Assembly: GCA_036443405.1 (NCBI GenBank)
Contig: JAZFYD010000243.1
Coordinates: 2,908-66,907 of the forward strand
Direction of reading: 5' to 3'
Source of the DNA: Planctomycetota bacterium
GTDB taxonomy: Bacteria > Planctomycetota > PLA2
DNA length: 64,000 nucleotides
In this document: one piece after another, positions 20,546-29,538 of the stretch
Numbering within the stretch: position 1 is the first letter of the stretch
How the letters are laid out: each line of letters opens with the position of its first letter
Made by a program: the position numbers and the translations under genes
The notes under the pieces: generated by a model
What the model was told of the DNA's origin: nothing
The model's database searches: none
The model's input: only the letters and a program-made list of their open reading frames with translations

Positions 20546-20575
20546 TTGACTGGCACCTGACCATGCGCATACTGT
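20546..20575 (+). promoter_or_regulatory. sigma70-type promoter for the metallophosphoesterase gene
   Basis: TTGACT at 20546-20551, a 16-18 nt spacer, and CATACT/TACTGT at 20568-20575. It is about 40 nt upstream of the GTG start. Confidence 0.5.
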
Positions 20576-20612
20576 TCGTTTGCCCAAAGCCGACCCGCGG
20601 GATTGATAATCC

Positions 20613-21371
20613 GTGCCCCAAATCGCCATCGTCTCCGACATCCACGCCAACATCGAGGCCCTAGACGTCGTCCTCGCGGACATCAAACGCAAATTGATCA
20701 AGGACATCGTCTGCTTGGGCGACATCATCGGGTACGGCCCGAACCCCCGCGAGTGCCTGCAGGCCCTGATGGGCTGCAAGGCAGTCCTGATGGGCAACCA
20801 CGAGGAAGCGGTTCTCTACTACGGTGAGGACTTCAACCCGAAGGCCCGCGAGGCCATCGACTGGACCCGGGACCAGCTCAACCGCCCGGAGTTCCCCAAG
20901 GACGAGAACTACGACCTCTGGAACTTCCTCGGTGTCATGGAGCAGATCATCGTCACGGACGAAGCCATGTTCGTGCACGCCTCGCCGCGCGATCCGACCA
21001 AGGAGTACGTGACACCCGAGGACACCCGCAAGAACCAGGAGAAGCTGCGCGACATCTTCACGCGATTCGAGCGCATCTGCTTCATCGGGCATAGCCACAT
21101 CCCGGGTGTTTACACGCAGGAGCTGCGCTACATCGATCCGAAGACGATCGGTAGCGAATACAAGCTCGAGGATGGCCGCAAGGCGCTGGTCAACACCGGC
21201 GCGGTCGGACAGCCCCGCGATGGCGATCCCCGCGCGTCCTACGTGACATTCGACGGTCGGACCGTGCGGTTCCACCGTCTCGACTACGACTTCAACAAGA
21301 CGATGGACAAGATCTACAAGGAAGATCGACTCCCCAACTATTTGGCCGACCGTCTCGCCGTAGGCCGCTAA
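20613..21371 (+). CDS. calcineurin-like metallophosphoesterase
   Basis: Carries DIHAN, GDIIGYGPNP, GNHE and GHSH metal-binding motifs. The start is GTG. A sigma70-like promoter lies upstream. Confidence 0.8.
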   Translation: MPQIAIVSDIHANIEALDVVLADIKRKLIKDIVCLGDIIGYGPNPRECLQALMGCKAVLMGNHEEAVLYYGEDFNPKAREAIDWTRDQLNRPEFPKDENYDLWNFLGVMEQIIVTDEAMFVHASPRDPTKEYVTPEDTRKNQEKLRDIFTRFERICFIGHSHIPGVYTQELRYIDPKTIGSEYKLEDGRKALVNTGAVGQPRDGDPRASYVTFDGRTVRFHRLDYDFNKTMDKIYKEDRLPNYLADRLAVGR

Positions 21372-21426
21372 GCGGCACGGTGCGTTCCCTCTCTCCCGCC
21401 GACCGCCGCATTTTCATCGGAGTCCC

Positions 21427-23922
21427 ATGCCTCGCCTGCTCCTGATCGTGACCCTCGGACTCGTCCTCTTCATGGTGATGGGCAAGGGCTGCCAAAGCGG
21501 CCCCAAGCTCCCGCCTGCGCTCGGTCAGCGCAATCTGCAGCCCTGGGATCCGGCGACCGTTGTCGAACTGAGATCCGGCGACACCAAGCTGCAACTCGAC
21601 GCCGACGGCCGCATCCTGTCGCTTGTGGTGAACGGTAAGACCCTGATTCAGCCGGCACCGCTTCACAACCGGCCGCTCGCGATCGTCGAACGGCGGGCCA
21701 ACGGCGAGCTTGTTTTGCTGCCCGGCTTCGCACAGGACGAAGCGGCCGACGAAAAGAGCATCACGTACATCTCGAAGATCCGCAGCCAGCGGCTAGAGAA
21801 ACACATCGCGATCGATGACGACGGCAACGGAATCACCGTTTCGCTGAAGGCCCACGGGTTCGAGTTCGACAGCGGCGGATTCGAGCTGACCGCGCTGGGC
21901 GGCGTGCCCATGTCCCAGGACGAAGACGGGCCGGTCACGGGTCTTGTGGAATGGACGAAACAAAGGGCCCAGATCTACCCGTTTGCGCGGCTGGCCAAGG
22001 ATCAGGCCGAAAAGCGCATGGTGCAGGAGCGCCGGCTCAGGAACGAAAGGAAGGTCGAAGAGCCCGGCCCCGGCCGGTATCAGCGCATCAAGCGCGATCT
22101 CGACATGATCGGCGCCCTGGGCACCGGCGGTTTGCTGAAGTTCGAGGGCATCACCGGAGTTCGAGCCGTCAACACCCTCGCGTATCGCGCCGTGCGGGAC
22201 GGGTCGCCGGAACGGGACATGGAATCCTGGATCTCGCTCGACCACGAAGCGGGCAAACTCGAGGCGAGCTTCAGGATCACGTGGGCCTCGTACGAGTCCT
22301 TCGCGAACGAGCACGCCCATCTGCCCGCGTTCCGCAAAGGCAACTCCACGGAGCACGTCCTCGAAAACGGCACGATGCGCATCGTGTTTTCGGACCGCGG
22401 CGCCGGGATCGCGCGCGCACACCTGAAGAAGTACGCGCTGGGCGCGGACGACGAACTCTCGCCGGAAACGTGGATTCCAATCGTGCGCGAGGAGATCCCT
22501 GCGAGCGAACGCGCCCTCACGCTCAAGTTCCGCTCGATCAGCCTGGCCCAGTTCGGCGGCCTCGATTCGGTGACCTCGATTTGGAAGGTGGTCGAACAAA
22601 GCGCGAGGCACATCCGTTTCCGCTTGGAAGCCGATAACGGCTGGCGCGTCGAGAAGACCGTCACGCTGCCGGGCGAGGACGAATACGACCTGTGGGTTGA
22701 TATCGAAGCGCGCAAGCCGGACGGGGAGAGGGACGAGACGTTCAAGTTCACGCTCGTCGGCCCCTCGGGCATCTACATGACCGACGCGTACCGCGGCGTC
22801 TTCGGCGCGGACCCGCCGCAGGGGCTCTTGCTCGAGCGACCCGGCGAGACCGAAAACGAGTCGATCGACGACATCCTCGAGGAGCCCCTCGTGAGCGACT
22901 ACTCGACCGAGCAGCGCGGGCGCTGCGAAGCGGTCGCGATCGGCGGCGCGTACTTCCTTGGTGCGCTCATCACCGAAGCCACGTTCGACGCCAACGACCA
23001 GCCGCGCGGCGTCGTCACGCGCGCTGCGATCACCGACGTGGAACTCAGGAAACCGATCCCCCGCGTGAGCGAGGACGAGCCACTCAAATCGTCGCTTCGT
23101 GGCGAGGTCTCCTGCTTGCTCCGATTCGATCAGGGCCGCGCTGAGACGAGGTTCCAGCTCTATCTCGGGCCGCGGCGCGTGGAGAACCTCGATCCGCTCG
23201 GCATCCGCCGCGCCATCGACTTCGGATTCTTCTCAGCCATCGGCCGCGTTCTGTTGTGGCTGATGAAGTTCTTCGCGGGCATCTTCAACAGCTACGGCGT
23301 CGCGATCATCTGCATGACGCTGTTCATCCGTGCGCTGCTCTTCCCGGTGTCGTACAAGACGCAGCTGAGCATGCAGCGTTACTCGCGGCGCATGCAGAAG
23401 ATCAAGCCGATCCTGGAGAGGCTGCAGGAACAGTACAAGTCGAATCCGCAGCGCCTGAACCAGGAACGCATGAAGGTGATGCGCGAGCACAAGATCGGTC
23501 TGCCGCTCGGCTGCCTCACGCTGTTCCTGCAGATCCCGATCTGGATCGCACTCTTCTCGAGCCTGCGCGTCGAGTTCTCGCTGCGACACCAACCGTTTCT
23601 GTGGGCCAACGATCTGGCGATGCCCGACGCGTTGTTCCAACTCCCGTTCTGGCCGGGTTCGTTCAACGCGCTCCCGCTCCTGATGCTCGGCCTCTGGGTC
23701 TGGCAGCAGAAGGCGACGCCGACGCCGGCCAGCGACGATCCCCAAGTGCAGGCGCAGATGAAGATGTTGAAGTTCATGCCGTTCATGTTCTTCATCTTCC
23801 TCTACAAGTATGCGTGCGCGCTGAGTGTGTATATGTGCATCTCCAGCGCCTGGGGCATCGTCGAGGGCAAGATGGTCCGCCGAGCAATCAAGCGGTTGGA
23901 CGACGCACCAGCGGCCGGGTAG
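21427..23922 (+). CDS. yidC: membrane protein insertase YidC (long periplasmic domain)
   Basis: 831 aa with an N-terminal TM. The C-terminal 60 kDa insertase core is present (FIRALLFPVSYKTQLSMQRY...KMLKFMPFMFFIFLYKYACALSVYMCISSAWGI). GGAG lies 6 nt upstream of the ATG. Confidence 0.9.
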   Translation: MPRLLLIVTLGLVLFMVMGKGCQSGPKLPPALGQRNLQPWDPATVVELRSGDTKLQLDADGRILSLVVNGKTLIQPAPLHNRPLAIVERRANGELVLLPGFAQDEAADEKSITYISKIRSQRLEKHIAIDDDGNGITVSLKAHGFEFDSGGFELTALGGVPMSQDEDGPVTGLVEWTKQRAQIYPFARLAKDQAEKRMVQERRLRNERKVEEPGPGRYQRIKRDLDMIGALGTGGLLKFEGITGVRAVNTLAYRAVRDGSPERDMESWISLDHEAGKLEASFRITWASYESFANEHAHLPAFRKGNSTEHVLENGTMRIVFSDRGAGIARAHLKKYALGADDELSPETWIPIVREEIPASERALTLKFRSISLAQFGGLDSVTSIWKVVEQSARHIRFRLEADNGWRVEKTVTLPGEDEYDLWVDIEARKPDGERDETFKFTLVGPSGIYMTDAYRGVFGADPPQGLLLERPGETENESIDDILEEPLVSDYSTEQRGRCEAVAIGGAYFLGALITEATFDANDQPRGVVTRAAITDVELRKPIPRVSEDEPLKSSLRGEVSCLLRFDQGRAETRFQLYLGPRRVENLDPLGIRRAIDFGFFSAIGRVLLWLMKFFAGIFNSYGVAIICMTLFIRALLFPVSYKTQLSMQRYSRRMQKIKPILERLQEQYKSNPQRLNQERMKVMREHKIGLPLGCLTLFLQIPIWIALFSSLRVEFSLRHQPFLWANDLAMPDALFQLPFWPGSFNALPLLMLGLWVWQQKATPTPASDDPQVQAQMKMLKFMPFMFFIFLYKYACALSVYMCISSAWGIVEGKMVRRAIKRLDDAPAAG

Positions 23923-23932
23923 CGCGGGGATG

Positions 23933-24084
23933 CCCTTATCCTTACCCTTGTCCTAGACCCTCTACCCTTTTCCTTTTCCTGCTCCCTCCGCCCTTCCCCC
24001 AGGGCTAAGAACAAGGGGCACAGGAAAAGGGTCGAGTGCAAAGGGTCTAGGACAAGGACTAGGGCAAGGGCAGGGGGTGCGCCT
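23933..24084. other. long imperfect CT-rich/GA-rich inverted repeat (about 50-nt arms) between convergent yidC and radC; candidate bidirectional terminator or structured RNA
   Basis: The left arm is cccttatccttacccttgtcctagaccctctacccttttccttttcctg. The right arm is caggaaaagggtcgagtgcaaagggtctaggacaaggactagggcaagggcaggggg. The core cccttgtcctagaccct and agggtctaggacaaggg are perfect reverse complements (17 bp). Confidence 0.6.
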
Positions 24085-24742
24085 ACAGCATGCCCGACTC
24101 CTTGAAACTCGTGTACGCGCCATCCCCCACGATCACGTGGTCGAGGATGCGAATGCCGAGGAGGTCGCTGGCGGCCATCAGCCTGCGCGTAACCGCGAGG
24201 TCTTCGTCCGAGGGCGCGGGATCGCCCGACGGATGATTGTGGACGAGCACTACGGCGCCCGCCGACTCCCGTACCGCCGGACCGAACACCTCCCGCGGGT
24301 GCACAATCGAGTTGGTCAGAGAACCCTCGGAGACGATCTCCTCGCGCAGCACACGATGGCGCGCGTCGAGTAGCACGACCAGGAACACCTCGCGTTTCCA
24401 ATCCCGCAGCCGCGCGTGGTAGTGGTCAAAGATCTGGCGCGGGCTCACAAACGGATCGCCGGTGGTCATGCGTTCCGACATCACGCGGCGCGCGAGCGTG
24501 AACAGCGCCGCAAGGCGCGCCGCGCGCACGGAGCCCACCCCTGGAAGCGCGCGTAGTTCGCGCGGGGCCAGCCGGGACAACCGGCGCAGGCCCCCCGCGT
24601 CGTGAAGGAGCGAGCGAGCGCCCTCGGCCGCGCGCTGCGTGGTGGCGCCGGGGCCGAGCACGAGCGCGAGCAACTCCTCGTCGGCATGGTTTTCGAGGGC
24701 GGCGTTGGACCGCTGACCGGGTGATGCGAGATCGTTCGGCAC
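24083..24742 (-). CDS. radC: RadC-family JAB-domain protein
   Basis: The JAMM motif HNHPSGDPAPSDED and the UPF0758 N-terminal HhH-like region are present. Confidence 0.85.
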   Translation of the reverse strand: MPNDLASPGQRSNAALENHADEELLALVLGPGATTQRAAEGARSLLHDAGGLRRLSRLAPRELRALPGVGSVRAARLAALFTLARRVMSERMTTGDPFVSPRQIFDHYHARLRDWKREVFLVVLLDARHRVLREEIVSEGSLTNSIVHPREVFGPAVRESAGAVVLVHNHPSGDPAPSDEDLAVTRRLMAASDLLGIRILDHVIVGDGAYTSFKESGML

Positions 24743-24891
24743 ACAGATACCTCGCAGACGGTGTCAAAAGCGTTCGCCGCGATCGCGTCGCGAGGTGTGA
24801 TCCGGCCTGCCGGGCGGAAAACAAAACCGCGCCAAGAGCAAATCGGAAAACGGATGCCACCGCCCACGAGGTATAGGGGAAAGGAGTTCCC

Positions 24892-25602
24892 ATGCCCCGC
24901 TTCCAAGGCCGCCTCGCATCGGCTGCCCTCGTATTCCTGTTTCAACCGGCGCCCGCCAACGCCGACTGCCTGCTCATCACCGAACTCGTCACCGACCCGC
25001 AGGCGGATCACTCCGAAAACACCGGTGGCAACGGCGTCCCGTTCGACGACGTGCCCGGAACCGGAACCGTGTCGAGTCTCGACGAATACGTTGAGATCTT
25101 CAACGCGTCGGGCTATGTCGTCGATCTGACCGGGTTCCGTCTCGAGTTCTACGACGCGACCCCGAGTTCGTTCGTGTTCGGGACGAGCACGGGCGTCGTT
25201 CGCATCTCGCTCGGCAGCACGTTGGACTCGCTCTTACCCGGTGCGTTTGCGCTTGTCGGAAACCCGCCCGGCGCCCTCAATAACCGCATCACGGTGTTGC
25301 TTCGGGACCCAGGCGGGGGCGTGGTCGATTCGCTGATCGACGTCGACGGCAACGCGACGGGCGCGTCCGATGAAGCGCTCTACCGGCCATGGACGGGCGA
25401 CCGGTTTCTCGACGACCCGATTCTGGGCCCCATCACGCCGCTCGGCTTCCCGCCCGCCGTGAGACCGGTTCCCGAGCCCGCCACGCTCGTGATGGTCTGC
25501 GTCAGCGGCTTTTCAGCCGCGCTTGCCAGCGTGCGAAGAGCTCGCTGCGCCCGGCGCCGAAAACGGCACGCAGTGCCGCGGTCTCCGACTCCGACGACCT
25601 AG
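24892..25602 (+). CDS. secreted lamin-tail-domain (LTD) protein with PEP-CTERM sorting signal
   Basis: A signal peptide is followed by the LTD-like signature LLITELVTDP...DEYVEIFNASGYVVDLTGFRLEF. The C-terminus is VPEPATLVMVCVSGFSAALASVRRARCARRRKR, with PEP, a hydrophobic stretch and an Arg cluster. AAGGAG lies 5 nt upstream of the ATG. The tail after the Arg cluster is longer than usual. Confidence 0.6.
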   Translation: MPRFQGRLASAALVFLFQPAPANADCLLITELVTDPQADHSENTGGNGVPFDDVPGTGTVSSLDEYVEIFNASGYVVDLTGFRLEFYDATPSSFVFGTSTGVVRISLGSTLDSLLPGAFALVGNPPGALNNRITVLLRDPGGGVVDSLIDVDGNATGASDEALYRPWTGDRFLDDPILGPITPLGFPPAVRPVPEPATLVMVCVSGFSAALASVRRARCARRRKRHAVPRSPTPTT

Positions 25603-26806
25603 TACCGGCTTTTGCCTCCGCCAGCGCGTGTAACAACTTGAGTATGCCGGCCTCGCCGCCTTCCGCGGTTAGGAACGCGGTGAAAGCCAAGGCAAGGTCG
25701 TAAAAGCGACTGACGCGACGTGGATCGGGCTGGCGGAGGACTTCGCCGGACAGATCCCCCGCTTTCGCAGAGCGGCCACGACGCAATCGGTCCTCCGCGG
25801 GAGCGACATCCTTCCCTTCCGCCAATTGGGCGAGACCTTCGTGCAGCCAGCCCGGTGTGTTGGGCGCGATGCCGCGGATGAGTTGATGCGCGAACTCGTG
25901 GTGGATGGTCCGGCGCGCCGCAGCCAGCCGGTTGGGACCCGATGGCAGCGCAACGCGGATCGTCCCGTCGTTGACCCCGGCCACCCAGTGATGCAAGCGC
26001 GTCGCAGCCCGGAACTCCTTGGGCGTGTAGATCGTCACGACCGTCCGCGACCCCGGGAAGTGGCCGAATCGTCGGCACAAGACGCTGTACGCCTCCTGAC
26101 ACGCCGCGGCCACAGACGACGCGTCGGCAAACGGGATGGACTTTCCGAACCGCACCAAGAACTCGGGGCTCGGAATCTCCTCGAACGATGATTCGACCGC
26201 GAGCTCTCGGCGCGCGCGCTCGAGACGGTTTGCAATGTCCGGATCGCTTGGACGCAGATGCGCCGCCCGCGACCAGTGTTCGACCGCCTCAGAAAGCACC
26301 CGTTCGTCGTACGCAACCTGGCCGAGGTTCACACGCGCAGCAAGGTGGTTCGGTTCTCGCTCCAGCACCCACTCGAAGTCCTCGCGCGCGAACAGGCGGT
26401 CGGTATCGCTTTGCTGTTCGTAGCGTGCACGGCCCCGCTGGACACGGTACGCGATCCGCTCCGGATGCAATTCGATGGCTCGATCCAAGAGGAGAACCAC
26501 CTGATCGGCCCGTGGATCGGCCGCCGAATCCTTGCGCTCCCTCAAGAGGTCCGCGAGCTGCGAGAGCGCCGCAGCCAGATTGCGGCTCACGACCACCGAG
26601 TCGGGCGCGGCCTGAAGAGCCGACTCGAACGCCAACACCGCGGAAGCGGGGTCCCGCCCGCGCAGCGCGTCGAGCCCGGCATCGTTTTTTGAGATCGCCA
26701 GCGCCGAAGGCGCTGCGAACAGCACGGTGGCGCCAAGCAGCGCAAAGACAAGCAGAACGCGACATCCGGACACGAACGCGATCTTACCTGCGAAAAGACC
26801 GGCCAC
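25502..26806 (-). CDS. TPR-repeat protein with C-terminal HExxH putative zinc metallopeptidase domain
   Basis: A signal-like N-terminus precedes TPR-like repeats. HHEFAHQL plus a downstream HEGLAQL resemble an MA-clan peptidase. The start is GTG at 26806, or an internal GTG giving MSGCRVLLVFALL. The 3' end overlaps the convergent LTD/PEP-CTERM gene by about 100 nt. Confidence 0.6.
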   Translation of the reverse strand: MAGLFAGKIAFVSGCRVLLVFALLGATVLFAAPSALAISKNDAGLDALRGRDPASAVLAFESALQAAPDSVVVSRNLAAALSQLADLLRERKDSAADPRADQVVLLLDRAIELHPERIAYRVQRGRARYEQQSDTDRLFAREDFEWVLEREPNHLAARVNLGQVAYDERVLSEAVEHWSRAAHLRPSDPDIANRLERARRELAVESSFEEIPSPEFLVRFGKSIPFADASSVAAACQEAYSVLCRRFGHFPGSRTVVTIYTPKEFRAATRLHHWVAGVNDGTIRVALPSGPNRLAAARRTIHHEFAHQLIRGIAPNTPGWLHEGLAQLAEGKDVAPAEDRLRRGRSAKAGDLSGEVLRQPDPRRVSRFYDLALAFTAFLTAEGGEAGILKLLHALAEAKAGTRSSESETAALRAVFGAGRSELFARWQARLKSR

Positions 26807-26831
26807 AGAACGGGGACGGGCGGGCGCTGCC

Positions 26832-27374
26832 TCAGAACTCCTGCGCTTCGAACACCTCGATGCTCATGCCCGGTCGCGCGGTCTCGGGGATGCCGGCCTT
26901 CACGGCTGCTTCGCGAACCAGGCGGCGGCCGTCCCATCCCTTCTGCTTCGCCACCTGCGGCAGCAACACGCCGCACCGCTCGCCGTGGCGCACCACGACG
27001 CCGTGGCGCCCGCCTTCGACACCTCCGGCATCGTCGATGGCCCGGGGGGCGCTCAGCACACTCAGCTTGACGCTGAGCCTCGGCAGTTCATCCGGATGCA
27101 CCGGACGAAACCGATCGTCCCGAATCGCGGCTTCGGCAGCCAGCCGCTCGGTCGCGACCATCAATCCGTCCTCGCCGCGGACCGAACCGATGCAGCCGCG
27201 CAGCTCGCCGGCGACAAACACGGAAACGAACACACCATGTTTCGCCTCGAGAGCGACTGGAGTCCTAGGCAACGCCGGTACGGCGGGTCGGCCGCGAACC
27301 GCTGCAATCGCGCAGACGAGCGCGCGCTGGCGTAGGTACGCGCGCTCGTCCGGTGAGAGGGCTGCGCTCAATTT
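26832..27374 (-). CDS. AMMECR1-domain protein
   Basis: Has the AMMECR1 signature RGCIGS and a conserved C-terminal region. The TTG start at 27374 overlaps the stop of the upstream OmpA-like gene (TTGA). The track ORF N-terminus out to 27515 is out-of-frame overlap with ompA. Confidence 0.75.
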   Translation of the reverse strand, partial: KLSAALSPDERAYLRQRALVCAIAAVRGRPAVPALPRTPVALEAKHGVFVSVFVAGELRGCIGSVRGEDGLMVATERLAAEAAIRDDRFRPVHPDELPRLSVKLSVLSAPRAIDDAGGVEGGRHGVVVRHGERCGVLLPQVAKQKGWDGRRLVREAAVKAGIPETARPGMSIEVFEAQEF

Positions 27375-28099
27375 TCGGTGACGCGGATCTCGACGCGCCG
27401 GTTCCTCCACTGGTTCCGTTCGCTGTCGTTGGGAACACGCGGCTGATGCGGCCCGAAGCCGATGACAGCCAAGCGACCCGCATCCACACCTCCGTGGGTT
27501 GTCAGGTACTCCCAAACCGACAGGGCGCGGTGCGCGGACAGCTCGATGTTGCCGAGCGGATACTGCTTCAACGTCTCCGGCTTGGTGACTTTCACGTTGT
27601 CCGTGTGACCCTCGATGCTGACACGTCCCGTACCGCCCTTGAGCGCGGCCGCGACTTTGGCGAGCGCGTTGTTGCCCTCGGCGGACAGGACGGCGGAACC
27701 CTTGGCGAACAGAACCGCCTCGCGCAGAACGAGCCGGTACCCGTCAGGCGCACGCTCCACCTCCACGTCCGCGTCGCCCTGGAACTCAGCAAGGACCTTG
27801 CGCACGTGCGCGCTGATCTCGCCCTTGACCTCCTCGACAGTGGCTTTGGTTTTCTCGTGTTTCTCGACCTCGACCTTCAAGCGACCGACTTCCTGCTTCA
27901 ACGCGGCGCGATCGGTTGTCAAACGGTCCACGTGGAGACTCAACTCTTCGTTGGTCCCCTCGAGGTTTTCGATCGTCTGCTGAAGCGCCTCGTCGCTCGG
28001 AGTCGATATGCAGGCAGGTAGAACGGCCGCAACAAGCGCGGCGAGTAAAGGGCTCCAGCGGCGTGAGCCGTTGGGCCAGAAAAATCGGCGGCAGGACAC
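27368..28099 (-). CDS. OmpA/MotB-family lipoprotein (peptidoglycan-associated)
   Basis: The lipobox is LPACIS, followed by a coiled-coil segment. The OmpA C-terminal domain has SIEGHTDNV...SAHRALSV...NRRVEIRV. GTG at 28099 has AAGGAG 5 nt upstream. Codons 5-15 are encoded by a copy of the dispersed palindromic repeat. Confidence 0.8.
   Translation of the reverse strand: MSCRRFFWPNGSRRWSPLLAALVAAVLPACISTPSDEALQQTIENLEGTNEELSLHVDRLTTDRAALKQEVGRLKVEVEKHEKTKATVEEVKGEISAHVRKVLAEFQGDADVEVERAPDGYRLVLREAVLFAKGSAVLSAEGNNALAKVAAALKGGTGRVSIEGHTDNVKVTKPETLKQYPLGNIELSAHRALSVWEYLTTHGGVDAGRLAVIGFGPHQPRVPNDSERNQWRNRRVEIRVTEN
28053..28084 (-). repeat. single degenerate palindromic unit embedded in the 5' coding region of the OmpA-like gene
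   Basis: ctccagcggcgtgagccgttgggccagaaaaa. On the coding strand it encodes FWPNGSRRWS within the signal-peptide n-region. There is no alternative in-frame start downstream of it. Confidence 0.65.
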
Positions 28100-28119
28100 G
28101 TTGGCTCCTTCAGAAACGG

Positions 28120-28150
28120 AAAAATCCCCCCGGACCTAGGACCGGGGGGA
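28120..28150 (-). terminator. intrinsic terminator downstream of the HTH-protein gene
   Basis: The stem ccccccgg/ccgggggg (8 bp, loop acctagga) is followed on the minus-strand transcript by a UUUUU run (plus-strand aaaaa 28120-28124). It lies between the 28217 gene end and the ompA-like start. Confidence 0.75.
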
Positions 28151-28216
28151 TGAAATCGTAGCGTCTGGGACAAGGATCATGCAGCGGTTTTGACCGCCCC
28201 ATCTTCCCGGTCAGAT

Positions 28217-28987
28217 TTACTCTCCGCTGCCTTCCGACGGATCTTCCGCGTGCTGGGCGTGCTCGCTGTCGATGGCGCCACGCTGGGAATGGATGTGGGA
28301 GGTGATCGTTTTCTCATCGTGGAAGAAGCCCCAGCCCGCGATCTTCTTCGCCATGTCGCCCAACGGGGGCTCACCGGCCTCGTTGTTGGCTGTGTTCCAG
28401 GCGGCGTAAAGGCTGAGCATGCCGACGATGCACGCCACGACGAGCGCGAACGTGATGGCCGGGTTGCCCTGGGGCTCGGCCGCCACGGTGGCGCGGCGCT
28501 GGCGCGGCTGACGAGCTGCCGGCGAGTCGACCTCCTCGATCTCCTCCTCGTCCACCTCGTCCGTGAGGTCGGCGCTGAGGTCGATCGGCTCCGTGGTCAT
28601 GCCGACGTCGTCGGCACCCTTGTCCTCGATGAAAGTGTCCTGGCTGGAGATGGCTTCGGTCATACCACCGTCGTCGACGGCCAGGTCGATCTCATCTTTC
28701 TTGTCGGCACCCTCGAACACGAGGTCGTCGGTGAGCGTCTCACCAGACTCCTCGAACGCGGGGGTCTCGTCCTCGAGCGTGATCTCGCTCAAGACGGTTT
28801 CGGAAGTTTCGGAGCCCGGCGACTTGGACGCGATCTTGTCGATCTCCGTCTTCTTGAACTTCATCACGTCGCCTTCGCGGAAGGCGCTGATCTCGCCCTC
28901 GGAGACAAGCCGCTTCAGCTTGTTCTCGTCGATGTGAAGTTGCCGGACAACCTCGTCAAAGGTGTAGAACTCGCCACTTTTTGCCAT
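28217..28987 (-). CDS. hypothetical protein: N-terminal excisionase/MerR-like HTH, acidic linker, one TM helix
   Basis: FYTFDEVVRQLHIDENKLKRLVSEGEISAFREGDVMKF is HTH_17-like. An acidic low-complexity region follows, and there is a TM helix AITFALVVACIVGMLSLYAAW. An intrinsic terminator lies downstream. Confidence 0.55.
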   Translation of the reverse strand: MAKSGEFYTFDEVVRQLHIDENKLKRLVSEGEISAFREGDVMKFKKTEIDKIASKSPGSETSETVLSEITLEDETPAFEESGETLTDDLVFEGADKKDEIDLAVDDGGMTEAISSQDTFIEDKGADDVGMTTEPIDLSADLTDEVDEEEIEEVDSPAARQPRQRRATVAAEPQGNPAITFALVVACIVGMLSLYAAWNTANNEAGEPPLGDMAKKIAGWGFFHDEKTITSHIHSQRGAIDSEHAQHAEDPSEGSGE

Positions 28988-29031
28988 TTGTTCTCTCTAT
29001 CTGGTGAGACTGGACGCCGCGTCGACGCCCC

Positions 29032-29538
29032 CTATTTCCTGAGCTCCTTCGACCTCTGCTTGTTCCAGAGGCGCTTCATATCGTCTCGCGTGAACTCGGA
29101 GAGGTCCTTGTACGAGGAGATCTTCAAGTCGTAGTCGATCTTGCGCGCCGCCACAAACTGCAGACCCTTCCGGCGAAGGAAGCGATACGCGAGCAGTTGG
29201 TCGTGTTCAGAATCGATCAAAAACAAGATGGACTCGCCGCTGCCCACAGGGGACGTCACCGCGACGAATCGGTTGTTGCTGTTGGAGTCCGATGCCGTCG
29301 GCGGGACCGCCCGTCCGTCGAGGCCAGGCCGGTAATTCACCGTCGGCTCCTTGCCCGCCCCGGGGGGAACGGACGAGTCGCCGCCAGGATTGGCGATCGT
29401 GCCGCCATCTTGGGCCGACGCCGCCGGGAGTACGTCGACGTCGAACGCGTCCACGCCTTGCCCTCCGAGGACTAGCCCGAGACAGAAGACGAGTGCCGCG
29501 CCAAGCGCCGCAATGATGTAGTCGCGAGAGTCGCGCAT
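29032..29538 (-). CDS. hypothetical membrane-anchored protein
   Basis: ATG at 29538 (MRDSRDYIIAALGAALVFCLGLVLGG). It is co-directional with and 44 nt upstream of the HTH protein gene. The composition is coding-like. Confidence 0.45.
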   Translation of the reverse strand: MRDSRDYIIAALGAALVFCLGLVLGGQGVDAFDVDVLPAASAQDGGTIANPGGDSSVPPGAGKEPTVNYRPGLDGRAVPPTASDSNSNNRFVAVTSPVGSGESILFLIDSEHDQLLAYRFLRRKGLQFVAARKIDYDLKISSYKDLSEFTRDDMKRLWNKQRSKELRK

